Assembly: GCA_963792585.1 (NCBI GenBank)
Contig: CAWBWI010000006.1
Span: forward strand, 128,001-192,000
Source of the DNA: Candidatus Eiseniibacteriota bacterium
Lineage (GTDB): Bacteria > Eisenbacteria > RBG-16-71-46 > CAIMUX01 > VGJL01
Direction of reading: 5' to 3'
Length of the DNA: 64,000 bases
Shown: positions 8,494-16,500 of the stretch, piece after piece
Position numbering within the stretch: the stretch's first letter is position 1
Layout of the letters: each line of letters begins with the position of its first letter
Notes under the pieces: generated by a model
The model's database searches: none
Seen by the model: only the letters and a program-made list of their open reading frames with translations
Told to the model about the DNA's origin: nothing
Translations under genes and position numbers: made by a program

Positions 8494-9657
8494 TCAGACC
8501 GCCGCGGGATACGACCCGAGCAGCAGAACGCGCGTCCCCTGGTCGACGAGGGCCTGCAGCGCGTGGGAGAGCGGGGGGACCTGCGAGTGTCCCTCGACGT
8601 CCACGTAGAACCGATACTCGAACGGCCGGCCCGGGAGCGGGCGGGATTCGAGCTTCACCAGATTGATCCGCTTCTCCCCGAAGATCTCGAGGGCGTGGAT
8701 GAGCGAGCCCGGGCGGTGGGCCAGCTCGAGGATGAGCGAGCTCTTGAGCGGGATGCCGTCGGGGCAGGGTTCGGCCTCGAGCGCGATCTCGACGAATCGG
8801 GTCACATTCTCCGACTCGGTGTTGATGCCGCGTTCGAGAACCGTGAGTCCGTAGAGACGCCCCGCTTCCTCGCTCGCGATCGCGCCGAGGGACAGCTCGC
8901 CGAGATCGCGAACCTTCCGCGCCGCCCCGGCGGTGTCGTACTCCGGCACCGCGTGCGCCTGCGGCATCCGTTCCAGGAACACACGGCACTGGGCGAGCGC
9001 CTGGGGATGCGAGAGGATCGTGCGGAGTCCGTCGAGCGTCGCGCCGGGAAGACCGAGCAAGCAGTGGGATACCTGGCAGAGCGCCTCGCCGACGATCTTC
9101 AGTCCGCCTTCGGCGAGCAGGTCATACGTCTCGTTGATGCTGCCGGCGGTGGTGTTCTCGATAGGGAGAAGGGCGTAGTCGGCCTCTCCGGCGCGCAGAC
9201 GCGCCACCGTCTCACGGAAGCTCGCACAACCGTCGAGGAGAACCCCGCCCCGTCGCCCTGCATGACGGCGCTGCGCCGCGATGTGGCTGTAGGCCCCTTC
9301 GGTCCCCTGGTAGACGACGCGAAGCGGGACCTCGTCGAGATCCCGCACGAAGGCCTGCTGGCGGGCCACCGACATGTCGAGGACGACCCGGTAGATCCGC
9401 TCGATCTCGTGCGGGTCGAGGTGGGCTTCGCGCGCGAGCCGGCGAACGTCATCCAGCAGGTGATCCTCGCGCGCCGGGTCCCGAAACGGCAGGGCCTGGG
9501 TGAGCTTCACACGAGCGATCGTCGCCGCCAGGTCGAGACGCTGCTTGAGCAACGCGAGGATCCCTCGATCGCACTCGGTGATCTCCTCGCGGATCGGACC
9601 GAGTTCGCGCGGCGGGTTCGGATCGGATTCCATGGTAGGCTCCATCTTCTCTTCCAT
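8494..9657 (-). CDS. pheA: Bifunctional chorismate mutase/prephenate dehydratase
   Basis: N-terminal CM type II domain; YQGTEGAYS, PIENTTAGS, SHPQALAQC, NVTRF, LESRP ACT motif. Confidence 0.95.
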   Translation of the reverse strand: MEEKMEPTMESDPNPPRELGPIREEITECDRGILALLKQRLDLAATIARVKLTQALPFRDPAREDHLLDDVRRLAREAHLDPHEIERIYRVVLDMSVARQQAFVRDLDEVPLRVVYQGTEGAYSHIAAQRRHAGRRGGVLLDGCASFRETVARLRAGEADYALLPIENTTAGSINETYDLLAEGGLKIVGEALCQVSHCLLGLPGATLDGLRTILSHPQALAQCRVFLERMPQAHAVPEYDTAGAARKVRDLGELSLGAIASEEAGRLYGLTVLERGINTESENVTRFVEIALEAEPCPDGIPLKSSLILELAHRPGSLIHALEIFGEKRINLVKLESRPLPGRPFEYRFYVDVEGHSQVPPLSHALQALVDQGTRVLLLGSYPAAV

Positions 9658-9695
9658 CGGCCGTTCCCGCCGCGAATCTTACCGGATCGCGCGGA

Positions 9696-10496
9696 TCAGA
9701 GTTCGTAGCGGATTTCCCATGGGATCACCTCGCCCTGAACGAAGTAGCGCCTCCAGATGACCAGTGGACGCTCGCCGGAGGTGATCTGGTGGAGCGGGGC
9801 GGGGCTCACGGAGACGATGCGCGCGCCCGCCGGCAGCAGCACCGAGCGGGTCACGAGACGGTTGTCCGGATAGTCGCCGGCCATCTTGTACCGCCAGGCG
9901 GAGCCTTCCCGAACCGCGTGACTCCATCCGCCGACGATCATGGTCAGGCGCGCCTCTTCTCCGGGCAGGACCGGTCGCGGGAGGTCGACCCAGGCCCGCT
10001 TGCCGGAGATCGAGGGATCATCCTTCGAGTGGACCTCCAACGCGTTGCCGTAGGCGTCGACCACCCGGTAACGGTCGAGTTCATCGACCTCGTGGGCGGC
10101 GATCCCCCAGTCGATCCGCGTGAGGATCTCCGGGCCGTCGTTCACCCGGGTGAAGGTGGAGTGCAGCTCGATCTCGCCTCCCGGCTGGATCGACTCGAAG
10201 GTCTCCTGCGTGCGCGGCACCGCCCCCGTTGGATTCAGGGCCGGAGCGCCGGGGATCTTCCCGTCGATCTTGCGAACCTGGTCCGCGGTGAGAATCAAGC
10301 ACCCGGCGTCGGACTGGAGCAGGTATGTCTCAGGACGCAGGCGCATCAGGGCGCCGGTGACCTCGGCGCCGTTCGTGAGCTCGATCGCGCGCGGGACGCC
10401 GGCCGCTCTCGGGGCGCCTTCGTGAAGGGAAAAGGCGACCGCGAGCACGCCCATCCCGAGCAGGGCACAGACCATGGCGAATCGACGGGCTCTCAT
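9696..10496 (-). CDS. Exported hypothetical protein, third gene of the ECF unit
   Basis: N-terminal hydrophobic segment; ATGA overlap with the anti-sigma stop. Confidence 0.75.
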   Translation of the reverse strand: MRARRFAMVCALLGMGVLAVAFSLHEGAPRAAGVPRAIELTNGAEVTGALMRLRPETYLLQSDAGCLILTADQVRKIDGKIPGAPALNPTGAVPRTQETFESIQPGGEIELHSTFTRVNDGPEILTRIDWGIAAHEVDELDRYRVVDAYGNALEVHSKDDPSISGKRAWVDLPRPVLPGEEARLTMIVGGWSHAVREGSAWRYKMAGDYPDNRLVTRSVLLPAGARIVSVSPAPLHQITSGERPLVIWRRYFVQGEVIPWEIRYEL

Positions 10497-10978
10497 TGGG
10501 ACTCCTCCCGGGGAAGCTCGCTTCCCCTTCCATCAATCGACTCCAGATGCATCTCCGTCTGGGAGAGCGGGGCCCCTGCCTTGCGGGCGTCGAGTTCCGC
10601 GACCGTCAACGCTTCCAGTGAAGTCGGGTGCGCCGGATAGCGGTCGGTTCGGATCAGGACGGCGAAGACGACGGCGGCCGCGAGGGCGCCTGCCGTGACG
10701 AGGTCGACGGGACGCAGACGCGAGAGGATTCCGAATCGCTCCCGCGACTGCATTCTCTGCCGCCCAGCGCGAAGGATCGCCTGCCGGTCGAGAGGATCCG
10801 AGGCGGGTGCGGGCAGCCCCCGGGCGAGCAGGCGGAGCGCCCCGAGTTGCTCGAGATCCGCGGCGCATCCGGCGCAGTTCCGCAGGTGGTCATCCATCTC
10901 GGCCCGCTCGACACCATCGACCTCCCCGTCGGCGTAGGCGACGAGGCGTTCCTGAATCTCACGGCAGGCGGGTTTCAT
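10493..10978 (-). CDS. Membrane-anchored zinc-binding (zf-HC2/ZAS) anti-sigma factor
   Basis: CREIQERL...DGE...HLRNCAGC followed by one TM helix; ATGA overlap with the sigma stop. Confidence 0.9.
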   Translation of the reverse strand: MKPACREIQERLVAYADGEVDGVERAEMDDHLRNCAGCAADLEQLGALRLLARGLPAPASDPLDRQAILRAGRQRMQSRERFGILSRLRPVDLVTAGALAAAVVFAVLIRTDRYPAHPTSLEALTVAELDARKAGAPLSQTEMHLESIDGRGSELPREESQ

Positions 10979-11577
10979 CGTGATCTCCCCAACGGCCCCA
11001 GCAACTTGCGTAGCTCGCGGACCGCCGCGTTCTTCCTAGAGGCGACCGTGCCCATCGGGCAGCCGCAGATCTCCGAGATCTCTTTGTAGGAGACCCCTTC
11101 GATCTCGCTCAAGACGAAGACGGTTCGTAGGTCATCGGGCAACAGGCCGATCGCATCGGCCAGCCGCTCACGAAGACGGTTCTGCTGCAGCACCAGATCG
11201 GGAGGAGGCGAATCGCCCGCGGTTCCGTCACCTGCTGCGAGAGGGGTCGGATCGACCCGAGGGTCGATGGGATCCTCACGCCGCCGGCGGCGGTCCGCCT
11301 CGCGCACCGTGTTGCGGACGATCGCGTAGAGATAGGTGGTGAAGGCGGCTTGCGGACGGTAGCGGCGGGCCGCGCCGAGGATCCGGAGAAACGTCTCCTG
11401 GGCGGCGTCCCTCGCCCCGTCCCGATCGGCCGTCATCCTGTAGGCGAATGCGAGCGCCCGCTCGTGGTGCCGCTCGACGAGAAGACCGAAGGCCTCGAGA
11501 TCCCCGCCGGCGACGCGACGCATCAGCTGCTCGTCGGTTGTCGTGTCGGGTTTACGGAGATCCGCAGCCATGCTCAT
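10975..11577 (-). CDS. ECF RNA polymerase sigma factor
   Basis: TDEQLM..GDLEAF, ARDAAQETFL, FTTYLYAIVRN, SYKEISEICGCPMGTVASR; ATG 11577 after GGAAGG. Confidence 0.92.
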   Translation of the reverse strand: MSMAADLRKPDTTTDEQLMRRVAGGDLEAFGLLVERHHERALAFAYRMTADRDGARDAAQETFLRILGAARRYRPQAAFTTYLYAIVRNTVREADRRRRREDPIDPRVDPTPLAAGDGTAGDSPPPDLVLQQNRLRERLADAIGLLPDDLRTVFVLSEIEGVSYKEISEICGCPMGTVASRKNAAVRELRKLLGPLGRSR

Positions 11578-11620
11578 CTTCTGCCTTCCTCCCGACGGTA
11601 GATGCCGGGACGAGGCCGTT

Positions 11621-11665
11621 TCTTCGGAGGAATCTTCGGGAGAATCCTCGGGGGCTCCTCGGCGG
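11621..11665. repeat. About 12-bp degenerate tandem repeat, 3-4 copies
   Basis: tcttcggaggaa / tcttcgggagaa / tcctcgggggct / cctcggcgg, just downstream of the DUF72 stop. Confidence 0.55.
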
Positions 11666-11675
11666 CCGGGAGGTG

Positions 11676-12557
11676 CTATGCCGGTCCCGTCATCTCCTGC
11701 CAGGTCTTCAGGAACAGCTCGATGGAGCCCGGCGCGAAGCCCGCGTAGTGGTTGTTGAAGTAGGCGTAGATGTCTCCGACCCGTCCCGTGAGGCGTTCGA
11801 GCAGGGGGACCCACTCCCGCATCTCCGCTGCACGGTCGACGACCAGCTCATCCCAGTCGCCCGACTTCTCGCCGCTCTCGCGCCTGTTCGCGACCAGTTC
11901 ATCCATAGCATGGTGATCGCCCAGGAAGCGGACGTAGGAGAAATCGGCGGTGATCGGATCGCACATTTCGAACCAGCGAGCCGGACGCGGCATCCGGCAA
12001 TGATCGATCAGCGCCAGAGCGATGTTGCGCGAGCGCAGGAGATCGGTCAGTCCGGGTCCGAGCCACTTGGGATTGCGCACCTCGATGACGTAGCGGTGAT
12101 CCGGGGGCATGTGCGGGAGGAACGCTTCCAGCCTGCGCCGGAACTCATCCCCGGTCTCATATTCGTGCGCGTCGTTGCGCTTCGCCACGTACTGGAATTG
12201 GAAGAGAAGCGGGCCGAGCTTGGGGCCTAACTTTCCCATCGTCTCCAGGAAGTAGCTCCAGTCGTCTTCGCAATCCTTCAGACGCTTCTCGTGGGTGATC
12301 ACCTTCGGAACCTTGGCCGCGAAGACGAAGTCGTCGGGAACCTTGCGCTCCCACGCCGCGACGGTCTTGGGGTTGGGCATGAAGTGCCACGTCGCGTCGA
12401 TCTCGACCGTGCGGAAGGTGCGCGCGTAGTGCGTCAGGAATTCCGAAGGAGAGATCTCGCCGGGGTAGAAGACGCCGTACCAGTCGGCGGAGCTGAAGGA
12501 CGAGGTCCCGATGCGCAACGCGGTGGGAACGCCGCTCATATCGAACCTCATCGACAT
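11676..12557 (-). CDS. DUF72 (YecE-like) family protein
   Basis: RIGTSSFS..W.GVFYP, VEIDATWH, FAAKVPKVITH, LLFQF, EVRN, YVRFLG, YFNNHYAG. Confidence 0.92.
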   Translation of the reverse strand: MSMRFDMSGVPTALRIGTSSFSSADWYGVFYPGEISPSEFLTHYARTFRTVEIDATWHFMPNPKTVAAWERKVPDDFVFAAKVPKVITHEKRLKDCEDDWSYFLETMGKLGPKLGPLLFQFQYVAKRNDAHEYETGDEFRRRLEAFLPHMPPDHRYVIEVRNPKWLGPGLTDLLRSRNIALALIDHCRMPRPARWFEMCDPITADFSYVRFLGDHHAMDELVANRRESGEKSGDWDELVVDRAAEMREWVPLLERLTGRVGDIYAYFNNHYAGFAPGSIELFLKTWQEMTGPA

Positions 12558-12561
12558 GCTC

Positions 12562-13413
12562 TCAGACCTCCCGCAGCCGGACGTCGTTGAACGATCGCGC
12601 ATCGATCCAGAGGTAGTTTGCCACGAGACGGATCTCGCGCAACTCATCTTCGCCGATCCTGCCGTCCGCCTTCGCGACGGCGAAGAGGCAGCCGAGCAGC
12701 CGGAAGCGCTCATCCATCGTGGCGATTCGATTGAAGGAGGCGCAGAGCCGCTGCCGGTCCATGTCCTCGGCGGCGCGCGCGCGAATCACCGAGAGAATCT
12801 GCCCCGTTTCCACCTCCTCGAGATTGAATCCGGCGGTCAACAGGCTGCGGAGTTGCGAGAGCTCCATTTCGTCGACCCGACCGTCCGCGAAGGCGGTTCG
12901 ATAGAGGATCGCGCCGAAGAGCACCGCCCGTTCGTGCTGCTGGGGCGTGAGTTTCTCGGGGGTTCGCGAGACCCGGATCCGCGATGCGATCTTCTCGAAC
13001 GTCGAACTCGGCGCCGCCGAGGCCGGATGGGCCTTCGCGACGAGCCGGCGCATCCGGGAGAGGAGCGATGGGGCGTCCGGCGTCTCGGACTCCCACGCCC
13101 GCAGGTTCGAGAGGAGCCCCCGCTCCGTTTCGTGGAGTTCCTCGTCGATCTTGAAGAGCCCCTCGAGGCGTCGTAGCAGTTCCTCCCGCTCTCCGGGAGA
13201 TGCGGCGCTCAGGAAATCGCAGGCAAGGCTCTCGGTCTCGGCGACGCCCAGCGGGTTTGCCAGGATTCGTTCGACCTCGGCGATCTCGTCGGTGGTGAGG
13301 CCCAGCTCCCGGGAGGCGCCCGCGATCCACTCGCGCTCCGCGGCCGCGATCTCCCCATCGGCCCATGCCGCCCCAGCCAGGACCTTCGCGAGGGTAAGTT
13401 CTTTGCGAATCAT
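12562..13413 (-). CDS. Tandem TerB-like domain protein
   Basis: Repeated ADG.I/V...E motifs (AWADGEIAAAE, FKIDEELHETE, FADGRVDEME, AKADGRIGEDE); ATG 13413 lies downstream of the promoter. Confidence 0.85.
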   Translation of the reverse strand: MIRKELTLAKVLAGAAWADGEIAAAEREWIAGASRELGLTTDEIAEVERILANPLGVAETESLACDFLSAASPGEREELLRRLEGLFKIDEELHETERGLLSNLRAWESETPDAPSLLSRMRRLVAKAHPASAAPSSTFEKIASRIRVSRTPEKLTPQQHERAVLFGAILYRTAFADGRVDEMELSQLRSLLTAGFNLEEVETGQILSVIRARAAEDMDRQRLCASFNRIATMDERFRLLGCLFAVAKADGRIGEDELREIRLVANYLWIDARSFNDVRLREV

Positions 13414-13453
13414 GTTCACAGGATCAACGCCTCCCGAGCGGGACAATACGGCA

Positions 13454-13482
13454 AATCTAGGGAGGGAGCGGAGATCTGTCAA
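13454..13482 (-). promoter_or_regulatory. sigma70-type promoter for the terB-like/DUF72 unit
   Basis: Minus strand TTGACA-17 nt-TAGATT. Confidence 0.65.
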
Positions 13483-13570
13483 TCGGACGGCCGCCCAAAG
13501 CGCGAGGATGACAGCCCTCCGGCCCGGCGGTACCCTTCACGCGGTTCGGCGCAACCGACACCCCGGAGGG

Positions 13571-16500
13571 ATGATGAACGATCGTCGACGTCTCCTATTG
13601 CCCTCGATCCTGGTGCTTCTCGGCAGCCTCGTTGCGTTTGCCATCCTCCACGGGGAGACCCCGCGGAAGAGCACGGGCGAACTCGAGGTGCGGATGGTCT
13701 CTCCCCGCGGAGACGTAGGGGCCCTCCACGCGATCGATGTCGTTTTCGGAGAGGCGATGGTGCCGCTCGGCATCCGGGGCAAGGCGAAGGGGACACCCCC
13801 CCTCACGATCGATCCCGAGATCCGGGGCAGCTTCTCCTGGATGGGCTCGAACGCGCTCACGTTCGTGCCCCGCGAGGCAGTCCCCGCCGGTACCCGACTG
13901 GTCTGCCGGATACCCCGCGGGACCCGTTCCCTGGAAGGCAAGAGCACCTCGAGCGACTATGCGTGGGAGATCGTGGTCGGTCGTCCGGAGTTGCTCCGCA
14001 CCGTACCGGAGCGGGGCGGCCTCCACGCCCCCGACGAGCCGATCTACCTCGCCTTCTCCGTCCCGCCATCGGATGCGGCGGCCGACTCCGTCCGCTTGAT
14101 CGGCCTAAGTGGAGCGATCCCCCTCACGCGCGTCGCGCCCGATTCCGAGGCGATCCGTCAGTTGATCCGGCGCCGCGACCGTTCGATGGGCGCGGCGAAC
14201 ATCCTCGCGCTGCAGCCGGGGCGATCGCTGACGCCCGGCGAGGGGTACCGGATCATCGTGGCCCCGGGCATCCCCTTCGAGACGGCGGGGGTCGGCCTCG
14301 CGAAAGCCGATTCGATCTCCTTCGCCGTCATGGGAGACCCGAGCATGAGCTCGGTCGCGGTCCGCGGCGGCGGCTTCGATATCGACTTCGCGGGACCGGT
14401 CGACCCGGACTCGCTGCGCCGTTATCTCTCGATCACGCCGAGCGTGGGATCGATCGAGATCCAGCCATACAGCGGGACATCGATGCGGATCTCCTCCGAC
14501 CGCGTCCGCGCGGGAACGGGCTACGAGCTTCGCCTGCGCGCCGGGATGCCCTCGCTCTTCGGCCTCCGCCTCGCGGCCGATCAACGCATGAACGTCGAGG
14601 TGCCGCACCGCGCGTCGCGGCTACGCATCGTCCCTTCGGACGGCTATGTGCCCGATGTGAAGGGGCTCGCGATCCGGATCGAGGGAACGAACCTCGAGAC
14701 GGTCGAGATTCGCGGTGGGTGGGTGCGCGCCGACAGTCTTCCCGCGCGCCTGACCGGCTACCGTCGAAGTCTTGGCAACGTCCCGCTGGGACGGATCGGC
14801 TTCTGGGCCGAACCGCGAAACACACCCGACAGCGCGCGCGCGCTGCAGATTCCGCTCGAGAGGTTCGGCCCGCGCCCCGCGGGCACGCAGGCGATCCAGA
14901 TCCGCGTCTACGGGCGAGCCCTCTTCCCCGATGAGGAGGGCCGTAAGGCCGATCTGCGCGACGACGGACTCATCCAGATCACCGACTTGGGGATCTCGGC
15001 GATCTCGGGGCGCAACCGGGGGCTTGCGTGGGTCACCCGCCTCTCGACGGCCGAATCGGTGAGCGGTGCGAAGTTGCAGATCCGCGTGCCCGGAATCGCG
15101 AAGCCGCTCTGGACGGGGACAACCGGAACCGACGGCCTGGTCTGGATGCCGTCGCTGCGCGACTTGGAGATCCCCGCGTCACGAACCCCGGTCGTCTCGG
15201 TCGCGACGGGGAAGGAAACGGTCTGGCTCAAGCTCTCCTACTTCCAGGGATCGTGGGCGGGGGCGGCATCCGTGGCCGACACCATCGCGGCATACGGATT
15301 CACCGACCGGCCCCTCTATCGCCCCGGCGAGGCGGTGCGCTGGCTCGTCCTCACGCGGAGCCTGACGCGCGGCGGTCTCGCCGACGCGGGCCGCGCCGCC
15401 ATGAGCTATCAGATCCATGCGCCCGACGGACGAACGGTCGACCGGGGAACGATCGCCCTCGAATCCCCCGGCCAAGGGAGCGGCAGCTACACGATCCCCG
15501 CCGGGGCGCCCCTCGGTTCGCACGACATCACGTTCTATCCGACACGGGATGCGAGCGGCCGAGCCTGCGGAAGCGCCTATTTCCGGGTCGAGGAGTATCG
15601 GCTGCCGCGCTTCGAGGCGCGACTCCAGGCGCCGGACCGCCCGGTCGCATCCGGCTCCAGAGCGGAGATCACCGGCCGTTTCGCGTACCTCAACGGCGGC
15701 CCGCTCGCGGGCGCCCCCGTCCGCTGGACGATCACGCGGGCACCGGATTGGGAGACGCCGAGGGAGTTCGCCGGCTACCTCTTCTTCGACCCGCGGGCGA
15801 GAAGCGATTTCGAGGAGGAATCGTACGGGATGACCCGCGTGGCGGCGGGCGAGGCGCTCCTCGACGCAGAAGGCCGCCTCCGCCTCCCGGTCACCCCCGA
15901 TCTGAGCGGACTCGGGCAAGACCAGACCTACTATGTCGAAATCGGCGCGCGGGACCTTGCCGATCGCTCCGCATACGATGTGGTCACCTTTCCCGTCGCC
16001 CGCGCGAACATCCGCGTCGGCGCGCGCGTCGCGCTCGAGCCGCGAGCCAAGGACCGCGCCGTCGAGATCTCGGCCGTATGCCTCGACTCCACCAACCATG
16101 CGCGGGCAGGGGTTCCGCTGCGGTGGACGATCGAGAAGCGGCTCTGGAAGACGGTGCGGGTTCGCCGCATCGGGGGCGTCTTCGGCTACGAGAACGTGCC
16201 GATGGACAGCGTGGCCGCGACCGGCGTGGCGCCCTCGGGCCCCGCGCCGATTAAGTTCCGCTGGGTCCCGCCCGGTCCCGGCAACTACTCGATCCTGGTC
16301 GAAGCGACCGACGACGCCGGGCGCACCACGCGCGGTCGCGACGAGGTCTGGGTCCCCGGAGCCGAGACCGGTTCCTGGTATCGGGACGATCAGGCCTGGC
16401 TCGAACTGAAGCCGGATCGCGACAACTACGCTCCCTCGGACACCGCGCGCATCCTCCTGCCTGCCCCGGCGATCCGGACCGACGGTCTCGTGCTCCTGCT

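Noticed and set aside
12947..13570. 208-aa N-terminal extension of the alpha-2-macroglobulin ORF
   Set aside because: Overlaps the antisense TerB-like gene; the RBS and hydrophobic leader point to ATG 13571.
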